Below, piece after piece: positions 43,520-54,012 of a stretch of 57,255 nucleotides of DNA (positions are counted from its first letter, which is position 1; every line of letters begins with the position of its first letter). Under the pieces are notes generated by a model. It saw only the letters and a program-made list of their open reading frames with translations, was not told the DNA's origin and searched no databases. The stretch is taken from IMG/VR virus record IMGVR_UViG_3300049489_000428, positions 1 through 57,255 of that record; one strand, 5' to 3'. The DNA comes from a virus (Duplodnaviria > Caudoviricetes). The position numbers and the translations under genes were made by a program.

Positions 43520-45315
43520 TGTAATTCTAACCTACTCATTCCGCCAGTCTTAATGACTGATATTTTATTCAGTAGAGGATGTGAAAATGAGTGCGATACT
43601 AGAAAGGTATTCAAATTCTCTTCCTTCAGCAGCACTTCGATTAAGCGTTCTCTACCTTCATCATCTAGAGTATCACACACTTCATCTAGAACTAGAAGAT
43701 TGATTCTAGACTTAGCAATTGTAGCCATCAGTTTTCTAATAGCTAGCAGAGTCGCTGTAGTAACTCTAGCTAACTCTCCAGCAGATAAAGCCACTATATC
43801 GACAGAAGCTCCATTATCGTTAATAACAATATTTAATTTATCATTATTTATGATGAAGAATAGCTGAAACCTACCATCTGATAATTCTTCTAGATATGTG
43901 TTAGTCGCTGACTCTAGATCTTTTACTGAATTTTCTATTTTATATGCTAATAGTCCGTTTGTGCTAAAAGCATTTTTTAGAATCTCTAAATCTTTATATA
44001 AAGCAGTATTTAGTTCTAGGGCTTTTTTACTTGTGGCTAACTTTTCGGAGAACTCAGTATATTGCTTCGCAATTAATTCTCTTCGAGCATTCTCCTCAAT
44101 AGCCTGCTTATTGTGGCGTTTAACCGCAGCTATTTGCTCCTCTATACTAGCTATTCTCGTTTTCAGCTCTTTAGCTTTAACGTTTAAGTCTTCCAGTACC
44201 GGAGCCTCTATAGGCAATTTTTTATCATACAGAGAGGAGTATTTTTCAAACGACTCAATATTATCTAGATGTACCTTAACTGCAGCATTCTGCTCTTTTA
44301 GATAATTGAGAAGTGCCACTAAGCTCTTTGTAGCGTCTTTTAACTCCTTAATTTTTGTAGTACGCTCTTCGATATACTCTTCTTTAAAGTCTGGATTTAC
44401 TTCCTGCGTACACGTGGGGCAGAGCTCATGCAGTTTACTAATATTAGCAACTTCTTTTTCTAGAATCTTAATAGTATTTTCATTAATATTAATATTCTTT
44501 GTTATTGGGGCGGTATCCTCATACTGCCAATTTCCAGTTAGAGATTCGATTGGGATGGCATCAAGTATTGATTTATACTGATTATTCTTTTCTATGTTAG
44601 CACGAATAGAACTAATATTAGAGATAGTACTTGTAAGAGTATTATACTCGTTAGCAAGTTCCGTTGGATATTCTATCTCTTCTAAGATAGGCAGAGGTTC
44701 AAAAACTGGAGACTTACCTTTAAGCCAAGATTCGTAGGTGGTACACTCCCCCTCTTGACTCTTAATTATAAGAGATATATTTTTTAATGCCGCTTTAACC
44801 TTCTCATGTTTTTCAACATAGCGTTCAAGGTTTAATAGATCAATTAGAAATTTTTTGCGATTGGTGTCTGTGGCTGTGAGAAACTGTAATGAAGAATTAA
44901 GATTTTGGTAAACAAGCTGACTTATAATTTTAACGTCTGTGGCAAACATATCCTCAATGAGTTTATAAGTTGCCGTAGCGGTATGTTGTGATATGTCGTC
45001 GCCATTTCTCTCCAAAATTACTTTTTGAGAAGTTGGAGTGCGTTTAACTATTACCCTATATTCGTCGTTATTTACCTTCCATCTGACACTTCCACCAAAA
45101 TCCTTACGTCCTGCATAGCGGTTTAGTAGATCGGCTTTCTTGTACCCCTTTGAATTTTTATTAAACAGTAACTCTTCTAGGATATATGGAATACTGCTTT
45201 TACCATGACCATTCTTACCCACTAATTGAGTTAATCTATTATCTACAAAACTAATATAGTTATCTTCGCCGTAAGATAACATATTGTACCACGACATATC
45301 AATTAATGTAATCAT
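43516..45315 (-). CDS. D13: SbcC/Rad50-like ATPase
   Basis: GKNGHGKSS, CPTC hook, LSAGE, LDE. Confidence 0.93.
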   Translation of the reverse strand: MITLIDMSWYNMLSYGEDNYISFVDNRLTQLVGKNGHGKSSIPYILEELLFNKNSKGYKKADLLNRYAGRKDFGGSVRWKVNNDEYRVIVKRTPTSQKVILERNGDDISQHTATATYKLIEDMFATDVKIISQLVYQNLNSSLQFLTATDTNRKKFLIDLLNLERYVEKHEKVKAALKNISLIIKSQEGECTTYESWLKGKSPVFEPLPILEEIEYPTELANEYNTLTSTISNISSIRANIEKNNQYKSILDAIPIESLTGNWQYEDTAPITKNININENTIKILEKEVANISKLHELCPTCTQEVNPDFKEEYIEERTTKIKELKDATKSLVALLNYLKEQNAAVKVHLDNIESFEKYSSLYDKKLPIEAPVLEDLNVKAKELKTRIASIEEQIAAVKRHNKQAIEENARRELIAKQYTEFSEKLATSKKALELNTALYKDLEILKNAFSTNGLLAYKIENSVKDLESATNTYLEELSDGRFQLFFIINNDKLNIVINDNGASVDIVALSAGELARVTTATLLAIRKLMATIAKSRINLLVLDEVCDTLDDEGRERLIEVLLKEENLNTFLVSHSFSHPLLNKISVIKTGGMSRLELQ

Positions 45316-46240
45316 GATATACTTTTAATAATTCCTTGACCTTGTTTGGTTCTATCTCCATGATGTAATTTAGAAACTCTGATAATTCTTCCTCCATACT
45401 CATATCATCTGTAAGTATTAGAGTTGCTTCACTACTATTACGTTTTAACTTTTTATCTAGTAGTTCAGAGTTCTCTATCTTATTCAAGTCATCCACATTA
45501 CTCGTAATTTCATATATCGTATGATGGAAATCGGTTTTTACCATTTCACTAACATCTGTAATAGTTTTACGTAGTAACTGTGGCATTTGTAAATCAAGCC
45601 ACTCATACTCCATCATGTCAGTATCAATAATAATACAACCGTTTTGTACCTCGGCGCGGTGAAAACTTGTAGTTAACGGAGATCCTGGGTAAACAATGTT
45701 TCTTTGACTGTTGTCATTACTATGTAAGTCGCCAGCAAAGACGATACTCCAACCATTAAATAGGTCGAGATTAACTTCTGGAGTAACGTGTGGGGGGATC
45801 TCCCCTCGAACATGTGTGAATAAAATCTTATTTTGGAAATCATAATCCCTTGGGTTATCTGCCCACTCTTTTAAACGGTTATATGGAATAATATCAAATT
45901 CGTCAGTGCTGTATATTTCATCGATAATTTTTACGTGATTCGATAGTCCGGTTACTAGAGGTTTTAGTTTAGTTAGAAATGTTGTGTACTTGCTAATAGC
46001 TTCATGATTTCCAGAATAGACTAGTGTTGGTTTATTGCAGGTATTTACAAATTCAATAAATATTCCTAGCTCATCTAGAGTAGGCACTCTGTCAAAAATG
46101 TCTCCACCTACAATGTGTAGATCGCACGGTATGTTATTCAACTTCGCTATTAGCTCTTTATATCTATTCAACTGCCACTCTGTTGGAACGTTCTTCTGCC
46201 CAAGTTTAATATGCCAGTCTGCGGAGAAAAGTATTTTCAT
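45299..46240 (-). CDS. D12: SbcD/Mre11-like nuclease
   Basis: ADWH, GGDIFD, GNHE, GDLH, YPGSP. Confidence 0.93.
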   Translation of the reverse strand: MKILFSADWHIKLGQKNVPTEWQLNRYKELIAKLNNIPCDLHIVGGDIFDRVPTLDELGIFIEFVNTCNKPTLVYSGNHEAISKYTTFLTKLKPLVTGLSNHVKIIDEIYSTDEFDIIPYNRLKEWADNPRDYDFQNKILFTHVRGEIPPHVTPEVNLDLFNGWSIVFAGDLHSNDNSQRNIVYPGSPLTTSFHRAEVQNGCIIIDTDMMEYEWLDLQMPQLLRKTITDVSEMVKTDFHHTIYEITSNVDDLNKIENSELLDKKLKRNSSEATLILTDDMSMEEELSEFLNYIMEIEPNKVKELLKVYHDYIN

Positions 46241-46248
46241 AGAAAATT

Positions 46249-46275
46249 AAAGCCCGCGATACAACCGCGGGCTTT
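46249..46275 (-). terminator. intrinsic terminator
   Basis: AAAGCCCGCG/CGCGGGCTTT stem. Confidence 0.75.
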
Positions 46276-46280
46276 GGTCC

Positions 46281-46922
46281 TTACTGCGGTAGGTCGTCAG
46301 TACTTCCAACCTTAGTTTCAGCTGGATGTTCGGCTTCAGACGAAGTACCTTGTTTTGATAGAAATGTCAGTTGCTGCTCTGGCGTTGGACGTGGGACAAT
46401 TTCTTCAATAGGCTTCAAGTCCTTGATTAGTTCACGTTCCTCGGCTGTAAGAGCGCGAGGCTTCAGACGTAGAACCTGGAGCGTGTATTCCACATTGAAT
46501 GGAAGCGGTCCGGTCTTTTCTTTCTTAAAGTGAATATCGTAACCAGTATCAGGATTGGTAGGATCTCCAAGATCCTCCGCTGCGCTCTTGATTTGTTGGA
46601 AAAGCTTTTTCTTGAGATTAACAAGAACCACTTTCTTTTCCGTAGGATCAATAGCCTGAACTACATACGACCATGTGCACTTAGCGTCTGGATAGAATTC
46701 ACGGACATGGTCCGGTTCTACATTTGTAAACTTCTCTAGGTTCCTATCAAAGGCTAGGCATTCAAGCGGAATATCTTTGTTATTCTCACCCTTTAGCCAA
46801 TATACATATCTTGGGAGAACCTCTCCCACGAAACGAAGAACGTTATCTCCGTCCTTAAACTTATATTGATTCTCAATGCCTTTCTTAGCACTGCCCTTAA
46901 CGTCACCGAATGCAATTCCCAT
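46281..46922 (-). CDS. D11: ssDNA-binding protein
   Basis: RYVYW, LKKK.F.QI, DPT....G.D, KTGP..FNVEY.L. Confidence 0.88.
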   Translation of the reverse strand: MGIAFGDVKGSAKKGIENQYKFKDGDNVLRFVGEVLPRYVYWLKGENNKDIPLECLAFDRNLEKFTNVEPDHVREFYPDAKCTWSYVVQAIDPTEKKVVLVNLKKKLFQQIKSAAEDLGDPTNPDTGYDIHFKKEKTGPLPFNVEYTLQVLRLKPRALTAEERELIKDLKPIEEIVPRPTPEQQLTFLSKQGTSSEAEHPAETKVGSTDDLPQ

Positions 46923-46926
46923 ATTT

Positions 46927-47280
46927 TTAATCCTCGTGTATAAAGTATATTAGTCGTTGTTTAGCGTCTAATCTTAAAAGTCTGTTTAGCCTTAATATTG
47001 GTTCACTGACACCACAGAAGTCCATGTACGTTGCCCTAAAACCATTAAACCAATAGTTAAAATGGTTACGTTGTGAGGCAAGTTTAAGTGCTTCTATCTT
47101 CTCGTCATCAGTAATCGTTCTTAAAGCCAAAAACGTTTTTGGTTTTAGTAAATAACTTTTCCCACTATAAATAGGAGAAGCCTCTACAGTAAGCCTTTCA
47201 ATTATTTTTAGAATGTTTCTGTTTGTCTTAGCGTCTTTAATTATCGCTTTCCAATTGTAAAATAAGATCGAATTACTCAC
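46927..47280 (-). CDS. conserved T5-like hypothetical protein
   Basis: Syntenic between D10 and D11; LAS.RN, N.LL motifs; own promoter at 47291-47320. Confidence 0.7.
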   Translation of the reverse strand: MSNSILFYNWKAIIKDAKTNRNILKIIERLTVEASPIYSGKSYLLKPKTFLALRTITDDEKIEALKLASQRNHFNYWFNGFRATYMDFCGVSEPILRLNRLLRLDAKQRLIYFIHED

Positions 47281-47322
47281 TGTATTTATTATTATAGCAC
47301 ACTGACGAAAACATTTTCAAAT

Positions 47323-48636
47323 CTATTTTTCATCAAGCGTGAATATCTTATAACCCTTGCTTATATAATAAGCCTTTCTCATTGAAGCTTGATTCTTAGA
47401 AATATTGTCTGCTAGATTTAGATCAATAACTAAGGGTGTGCGCTTTCCTTCCACAATACGCTGTATTCGTCCAATCAATTGCTCTAGATTAAGGACATTA
47501 TTGATAGGGCACGCTAGAATTAAGCATGATAGCTCGTTAAGGGAGATACCCTCTGAAAAGATAGCTCGAGATCCGTATAGAATGTCATATGTATTATTTC
47601 GTATCCCATCCATTAAAACTGTGCGCTCTTGAAAATCTTTTACATTACCTGTAATCACACATGCACGATCTCCGGAGCGTCTAGCACAAGACTCTAGAAA
47701 GTTTACTCTATCTGAAACTACTAGTACCTTATGACCCTTATCAGCCATAGTATCGGCTAGTCTGTGCACTAGGTTTCGATAATCTTCATTATTTCCTAGT
47801 TCAGTCATAGATTCTGCCCAGTGATTTCCAGCAAGGATTCTTAGCTTCGACTTCACTACTAGAACATTGGGGTTAACTCTATTTTCTGCTTCTGGTTGAT
47901 AAATGACGTTTCCAAAAAAGTCTCTGAATAAAACATGTTTTTTATCTTTACGTTGTATAGTTCCGGAAAGACCTATTCTGTAGCGAGCCCAAAGTTTATC
48001 AAGAACATCAGAAAAGGTTGTTGCTGGAATATGATGCATCTCATCCAAGATAACCAATCCAAACATTTTATGGATGCGATCTACGTCCTTTCTAAGTGTT
48101 TGAATATTGGCAACTATAATAGGTTTATCCAACCCATCCCACTTTCCGGCACCAATAATACCTGGAGTAATATTTAATACTTTTTCTATATCACTGATCC
48201 ACTGATCCCTCAGTGCTGTAGTATGTGTAATAACTAATGTCTTTTGAGCAAACTTACTGGCTATAGCTATTCCGGTGTAAGTTTTACCCCAACTTACAGG
48301 AGCATTAATAATACAACTATCGCTGATATGGTCATAGATAGCCTGTTGACTTGGTCTCAGTACTAAGGTATGCTTGGGGAAGTCCACTAGCACACTAGTA
48401 CGATTATCTTCAATCTGATAGTCGTCTGGAATTAAGTCAAATCTGCCTTGCGGGATAGAAAAGTATCCTTTAGGAAATCTAATATAATTTTTAATTACTT
48501 CGGCAACTTCTCGCTGCTTAATTCGGGTCATATATTCGTCCTCTAACTTGTATGTTAGAGAATGTATAAGAGCTTCCTCGTGAGCCCTGTCTTTTACCGG
48601 CAGCATAATCCTACTAGTTACAACAGCTTTATTCAT
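47323..48636 (-). CDS. D10: SF2 helicase
   Basis: SWGKT, DEMHH, LSGT..RKD, EGIS, QLIGRIQR. Confidence 0.92.
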   Translation of the reverse strand: MNKAVVTSRIMLPVKDRAHEEALIHSLTYKLEDEYMTRIKQREVAEVIKNYIRFPKGYFSIPQGRFDLIPDDYQIEDNRTSVLVDFPKHTLVLRPSQQAIYDHISDSCIINAPVSWGKTYTGIAIASKFAQKTLVITHTTALRDQWISDIEKVLNITPGIIGAGKWDGLDKPIIVANIQTLRKDVDRIHKMFGLVILDEMHHIPATTFSDVLDKLWARYRIGLSGTIQRKDKKHVLFRDFFGNVIYQPEAENRVNPNVLVVKSKLRILAGNHWAESMTELGNNEDYRNLVHRLADTMADKGHKVLVVSDRVNFLESCARRSGDRACVITGNVKDFQERTVLMDGIRNNTYDILYGSRAIFSEGISLNELSCLILACPINNVLNLEQLIGRIQRIVEGKRTPLVIDLNLADNISKNQASMRKAYYISKGYKIFTLDEK

Positions 48637-49148
48637 ATTTTAATTTTAGATTTTCTAAGATAAGGAGTACGTGACATTCCTAATAGGATGTATCCTTTTT
48701 CTACTAACGCTACTATGGCGTATTCTTCCTCCAATTTTATTGGACGATATAATATGATCGGACAGTGACAATTCTCTAGTACCAATACCGTAGCATTTTT
48801 ATACGGAAAGTGTCTCTCAACCTTTTTAGTAATTACCGGTACTAGAGTTTGTCTTTTGTATGTGAATAACCTACCTGTAGAATCTATAAAGTATGTATAA
48901 ATTCTAGCAAATACAACTAGACTACCTAATGTTAAAACAGCTTTTTTCAATGGAAGAATTTTTAGATCTTCCATTGATTGTAACGCCACTCTTCTGATTG
49001 GAAAGGTTCCCGGAAGACTAACGTCGTCTACTATGTATGGATTACCCGATTTAGTATAGTATACTAGTCTATATTCCTCAGACTTTATTGTCCCCTGCTT
49101 CGGAATTGGATAAACAGGAAATTTGATACTGTTTAAAGTTTTCTGCAT
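48633..49148 (-). CDS. conserved T5-like hypothetical protein
   Basis: FPVY, VDD....G....RR, FIDS.G..F.Y; start trimmed to MQKT. Confidence 0.7.
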   Translation of the reverse strand: MQKTLNSIKFPVYPIPKQGTIKSEEYRLVYYTKSGNPYIVDDVSLPGTFPIRRVALQSMEDLKILPLKKAVLTLGSLVVFARIYTYFIDSTGRLFTYKRQTLVPVITKKVERHFPYKNATVLVLENCHCPIILYRPIKLEEEYAIVALVEKGYILLGMSRTPYLRKSKIKI

Positions 49149-51405
49149 GTTTCTCTTCCCATTTACCAAACGAGTAGTCATCACCAATTTCTTGATCTAC
49201 TCCAATAGGGCAATTCTTGATACTTACTCCGCGATCTTTCTGGGTACACATCTTTAGAAGTTTACAGAATTCTTCTACGTCTTCTTCTTTCACAACAGCA
49301 ACGATAGAGTCATGTACCAACATGATAATCTGAGCATCCAACACCTTAGCAGAAGTCTTCAGTATATTATTCATATCAATCGCTGCGAGTAGATTAATAT
49401 CCGAAGCAACTGATTGAACAAGGAAATTAATCCCTGAACGCACTTCATGACCAGCAATACCCTTATCGGGGCTGGACACATTCTTCAGCCTACGTTTACG
49501 ACCTAAAGCAGAGTAGATATATGCGTGTTCCTTAATATAGCTCTGACAGTTATTTAACCACTTCCTCAATTTAGGGAAGGTCTCAAAATACTCATCAATA
49601 GTATTGACGGCTTCTTCAATTGAGAAGTTACCACCTTCCTTGTTAACTGTGGTTGCTACCTTTTCTGGCCCGCTTCCGTACAAAATGCCAAATGATATGG
49701 CCTTGGCCGCCTGTCTTTCTATCTTATAGAGCTTTTTAAGATCCTCAACAAGACAGTCTAACTTAAAGACCTTCTTCGCGATAGAGCTATGGAAATCCTT
49801 ACCAGTAATGAATACATCCTGCAGATTCTTATCACCAGATAGAACCGCTGCTACGTACATCTCAGCGGTAACCAAGTCTTGACTTACAATTTTATAACCG
49901 GGTGGGGCTTTAATACTGCCCTTAACTACTGGGTTATCTCTAGGCAATTGTTGAGCATTAAACTTGCCACTACTAGACAACCTGCCGGATGTGGTACTAG
50001 TAAGATTAAAGTTGGTTCTAATTCTACCATCCATATCAATGACACCCTTAAGTGCATCAATATAGGTATTCTTAATCTTACTTAGCTGTCTAATAGTCAT
50101 CAAATGCTTGACTACTGGATGGCTGGATTCTAGTTCTTCGAGGACTTCCGCATCGGTAGAGAGTTGACCGGTTCCTGTCTTTTTTCCAGGCGATTTAAGT
50201 CCAATGTAGTCGAAGAGGAGTTTCCGTAGTTGAGTTGGAGAGTTTGGATTAAATTCCGCACCTTGGAGTCGCTGAAATTCTTGAACTTCTTTAAGCCCAT
50301 ACAGATACTGTTTTGCATTTGTTAGGTCATCCGTCAAAATCCTGTCTGCGTATTCCAGACGTTCTTTGTCAAACGGGATACCATTTCCCTCCATTTCTGC
50401 TAGGAAGAATATTCCAGGTATCATAATATTTTCGTAAGCTCCTCGTATCTGTGAGGAAGAATCGGCATACAAATACTTACGAAATAGTTTGTATAATTCA
50501 AATGTTACTGCCGTATCACAGGCAGCATACTTATACATAATCTCAAACGGAATAACGTCGTAGGTAAAGTCGGCTTCTAGTATATGATTACGTTTGCAAT
50601 AGTCTTTCTTAAAATCGTCTAGATCCTTATCGTACTCACCGTAGTCAGTATATTTTAGTGCCAATTCCTTTAGGCCGTGACTACCGACAGTCTCGTCCAG
50701 CATATAATGCATTACTAGGGTATCGTGCGTATGTTTTGGATCAAACTTTAGGCCAAAATGGTAGCTAAGCATCTGCATATCAAACTTGGCATTATGAAAT
50801 ACGATTGTCTTATTGTTAATAATATCCTGAAGAAGCTCCGTGTTGTAATCACTCATAGCATCAGAGGATATATACGCGCCCTCTCTGATACCATTAGAAA
50901 TAGAGATACCCAGAACGTTACAGTTTCTAGCATAAAGCCCACTAGTTTCTGTATCAAGAGATACAGTAGCCTCCCCACTTTCTCTTATCTTAGTAAGATA
51001 CGCTAGAGCTTCTTCTTCGTCTTGAATTCCTACAAATTCTCCATGCGTCTTTACTACTAAATCCCCAGAAATATTACGATGCAATTTCTTAATGGCTTCC
51101 TCGAAAGGAGCCTTAGCTTCCGGCTTAAATGCAAGAATTGCTGGATTCATAATTGGAATATACTTCTCCTCAATTATATGTCCGGCCTTCTCCCCAATAG
51201 CCGTTTTACCCGTGTAATACTTCAATGCTTCAGACCCAACTAGAATTACAAAGTCATAACCCGTGGGATCAAAATCAGTATCGACATCCTTCTTCAGAAG
51301 TTTTTCTACACGTACTGAAGATAGGTGGTAGTGGTCAAAATCGAACTTAAGATACTGCTTGTAGTTTGTTTTGCTCGGTTGTTTATCAATTAGCGCTATG
51401 TTCAT
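49078..51405 (-). CDS. pol: family A DNA polymerase with 3'-5' exonuclease
   Basis: LDTET, HNAKFD, YAACD, TSGRLSS, RQAAKAISFGILYG, VHDS. Confidence 0.95.
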   Translation of the reverse strand: MNIALIDKQPSKTNYKQYLKFDFDHYHLSSVRVEKLLKKDVDTDFDPTGYDFVILVGSEALKYYTGKTAIGEKAGHIIEEKYIPIMNPAILAFKPEAKAPFEEAIKKLHRNISGDLVVKTHGEFVGIQDEEEALAYLTKIRESGEATVSLDTETSGLYARNCNVLGISISNGIREGAYISSDAMSDYNTELLQDIINNKTIVFHNAKFDMQMLSYHFGLKFDPKHTHDTLVMHYMLDETVGSHGLKELALKYTDYGEYDKDLDDFKKDYCKRNHILEADFTYDVIPFEIMYKYAACDTAVTFELYKLFRKYLYADSSSQIRGAYENIMIPGIFFLAEMEGNGIPFDKERLEYADRILTDDLTNAKQYLYGLKEVQEFQRLQGAEFNPNSPTQLRKLLFDYIGLKSPGKKTGTGQLSTDAEVLEELESSHPVVKHLMTIRQLSKIKNTYIDALKGVIDMDGRIRTNFNLTSTTSGRLSSSGKFNAQQLPRDNPVVKGSIKAPPGYKIVSQDLVTAEMYVAAVLSGDKNLQDVFITGKDFHSSIAKKVFKLDCLVEDLKKLYKIERQAAKAISFGILYGSGPEKVATTVNKEGGNFSIEEAVNTIDEYFETFPKLRKWLNNCQSYIKEHAYIYSALGRKRRLKNVSSPDKGIAGHEVRSGINFLVQSVASDINLLAAIDMNNILKTSAKVLDAQIIMLVHDSIVAVVKEEDVEEFCKLLKMCTQKDRGVSIKNCPIGVDQEIGDDYSFGKWEEKHAENFKQYQISCLSNSEAGDNKV

Positions 51406-52244
51406 GTAATAAGTTCCTTTAAGTGCTTTATATCATCCGGATCCATCATTCCAGGATCTGCGTCATCTGCTAAGTCTATTTTCTTGCAGAGAAATCCTAG
51501 ATTATTTATAACTGGTTCCAGTTTACCAGCTGCGTCCTTGCCAGGAGCATCACCGTCAAATAGAATGTATATTTTATTGCAGCCCATTAATCTGTAATTA
51601 TTCAGTTTATGGCCGGTATCTTTAGTTATACCCTGAGTACCCATAACCGAAATAACATTAGTTATTCCATTATCAATGAGATTAAGAGCATCGAAAATAC
51701 CCTCTACTAGTATTAATGATCCATTAACAATATTGGGATTGTGTGGAAAGAAAGGAACTGGAACGCCCGAAGGTTTAATATCATAACGCTTACCAACATT
51801 GGAGAACATATGGCGTCCAATGAATACTTTAATCTTCCCTAAACCGTCGCGAAGAGGAAATACAATTCTATTCTCAAAATCCTTATGTGTAAAAGCCTCA
51901 TACTTTCTAAGAGTTTCTACGGATATACCTCGAAAAGGTTTATCGAATAGGGAGTATCCAAAAGGCATTTCCAGCCCTATTGATTCTGAGAATACTGCTT
52001 GTATCTTATTTTTAATCCTCATCACTTCTGCACTTTGCATATTCTGTACAATGCCAAAGTGCTTAAAAATGTTCCCCTTAAACCCGCAGGAGAAGCAATG
52101 AAGCATTCCAGTAAGTTTATCCACCCTAAGTGATGGATTCTTATCTGGATGCTCTGGATTTAAACAACGAATCAGTAGATCGTGTCCACTGAAGTTGAAG
52201 GGTATTCCCTTCTCTTTAAGTAGTGCTTCTACATCGTTAGACAT
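51402..52244 (-). CDS. DNA primase
   Basis: C..P.H.D.NPS, CFSCG, VEGIFD, FDGD (TOPRIM). Confidence 0.92.
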   Translation of the reverse strand: MSNDVEALLKEKGIPFNFSGHDLLIRCLNPEHPDKNPSLRVDKLTGMLHCFSCGFKGNIFKHFGIVQNMQSAEVMRIKNKIQAVFSESIGLEMPFGYSLFDKPFRGISVETLRKYEAFTHKDFENRIVFPLRDGLGKIKVFIGRHMFSNVGKRYDIKPSGVPVPFFPHNPNIVNGSLILVEGIFDALNLIDNGITNVISVMGTQGITKDTGHKLNNYRLMGCNKIYILFDGDAPGKDAAGKLEPVINNLGFLCKKIDLADDADPGMMDPDDIKHLKELIT

Positions 52245-52246
52245 AT

Positions 52247-53611
52247 CTAAAATGGCAATTCGCCTTCAACGGCCTTAGTTTCACCAACAGTGGGCACATG
52301 CCCCTTCTTCTCTTTCTTCTCGTCTCTAGGCATCTCAGTAGGATCAATTGTTAAAGTGTCCCAATTCATTCCAACCCTAAAGTGGGCAGCTGGTCCACTT
52401 CTAATCTTTGTATTTTCAAAGTCCATGTACCCATCGCCGCGTCCAAGTTTAAATGAATAGTCAGCCGAGTCTAGGATACCTTTAGCAAATCTGGCTTCTC
52501 CACTAGAGTCAATCTGAAACGCACTGACAACTAGAAGGTCATACTTTGGGCCAAACGCTTTTAGATGAGAAGATACATCAATCTGAGCCTTCCAATCAAA
52601 TTTATCTGTTTTAGAGGTTGTAGTGGTGATTTGGTTAATATAGTCAATAACAGCCACTTTTAGTTTATCACCAAACTTGGCTTTAAGTTTTTGTAAGTGC
52701 ACATCTATACTAGTAATAGATAGTGCAGGATCATCTATGATTACCAGCTGATTGTCCTTCTTAAGAGAGCAATTTTTTACTAGCTGACTTTCAAATCTGT
52801 ATCTATCCTTGTGTTCTAAAAATTCTCTGTAAGCATCGTCACCATCAGCAAACATATCTGCGCGCACTTTAGCAATCTTTCTAACCTGCTCTTCTGTAAG
52901 CTTATTATGACGAATATGCATTACAGGTACTCCGGAGAGAATTGAAATATGTCTTTCAAATATCTCGTGGGCGCGCATTTCGATTGTGAAGTAAACGCCC
53001 ACATCACCAGCAATATACTGGTTAGCGGCGATATTACTACATACAACCGACTTTCCTTTTCCTCTTTCTCCACCGAAGATCATATACTCTGTTCGACGAG
53101 CCCCTTGCTCTGAATCAAACAGATTACTGATACCTAGAGACACTCTCTTGTGTGCAACTGTATCTTCTGGTTGGAAAATAGTAATTTGGTCCGAGTTTAC
53201 TACTGTAGTACTAGTATGTGTCTTTTCGTCTAGAGTTAGAGCAATCTCAGAAATGCTAGTCTTAATCTGCTCACTGTCCATCACAGTGATTTCATCAATG
53301 AATCTGTCCATTGACTTTAATGCTTCATTCTGGGTATACTCATTTACTAGAGAATCAATAGCAATATCCAGCTCTACGTCTGGAATATCTAGAGAGGCTA
53401 GAGCCTTTAGATTTTGTTTTGTAACTGGGTCACGTACAAATAGATCTAACTCGGCGAAATCTGGAACAGAATTATATTTGTTGTAATACTTGCTGATTGC
53501 GGAATATACAGAGCTGTAGGCTACATTAAAGAAAGACAGTTTAATTCTAGACCAACCGTCTAAGCTTTTATCTGCGATAATTTTGTGGAGAACTACAGCA
53601 CCAATATCCAT
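52247..53611 (-). CDS. D6: replicative DnaB-like helicase
   Basis: GGERGKGKS, FTIEM, IDYINQ, ARFAKGILD. Confidence 0.9.
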   Translation of the reverse strand: MDIGAVVLHKIIADKSLDGWSRIKLSFFNVAYSSVYSAISKYYNKYNSVPDFAELDLFVRDPVTKQNLKALASLDIPDVELDIAIDSLVNEYTQNEALKSMDRFIDEITVMDSEQIKTSISEIALTLDEKTHTSTTVVNSDQITIFQPEDTVAHKRVSLGISNLFDSEQGARRTEYMIFGGERGKGKSVVCSNIAANQYIAGDVGVYFTIEMRAHEIFERHISILSGVPVMHIRHNKLTEEQVRKIAKVRADMFADGDDAYREFLEHKDRYRFESQLVKNCSLKKDNQLVIIDDPALSITSIDVHLQKLKAKFGDKLKVAVIDYINQITTTTSKTDKFDWKAQIDVSSHLKAFGPKYDLLVVSAFQIDSSGEARFAKGILDSADYSFKLGRGDGYMDFENTKIRSGPAAHFRVGMNWDTLTIDPTEMPRDEKKEKKGHVPTVGETKAVEGELPF

Positions 53612-53931
53612 TATTCTTTAAACTTACATTCATTTGCATGGATTATTGAGTTTAATTCATCCTCAATCTTAGCCATGATCTCTTCTTTTAGTAGAATAAT
53701 TTTACTACTATAATTATAGGATGAATCATGTAATAAACATAACTGGTCGTAACCAATCATTTGCTGCAATACAAATCTTAAAATGTCCTCTACGGAGTTT
53801 GTTTCCGGATGTACCTCTACGGTAACAGACTTACCTAGCAGAGTTTTCATCCGGTCTATAGCCTCTTCTCTAGTAAAAGAGTCTAAATCACTAAATTCTA
53901 CATTTACTTTCATCTTTCCTCCTGTCACCAA
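53611..53931 (-). CDS. hypothetical protein (true start may be MKVNV at 53913)
   Basis: Coupled to the helicase start; GGAGG precedes the second ATG. Confidence 0.6.
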   Translation of the reverse strand: MVTGGKMKVNVEFSDLDSFTREEAIDRMKTLLGKSVTVEVHPETNSVEDILRFVLQQMIGYDQLCLLHDSSYNYSSKIILLKEEIMAKIEDELNSIIHANECKFKE

Positions 53932-53965
53932 TATTCACTAACCAATATAATAAATATTGGTAACA

Positions 53966-53997
53966 AAAAGGCGAGGTAGTTACCCACCTCGCCTTTT
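53966..53997 (-). terminator. intrinsic terminator after D5
   Basis: AAAAGGCGAGGT/ACCTCGCCTTTT. Confidence 0.8.
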
Positions 53998-54012
53998 ATT
54001 TGGTTACAGCGA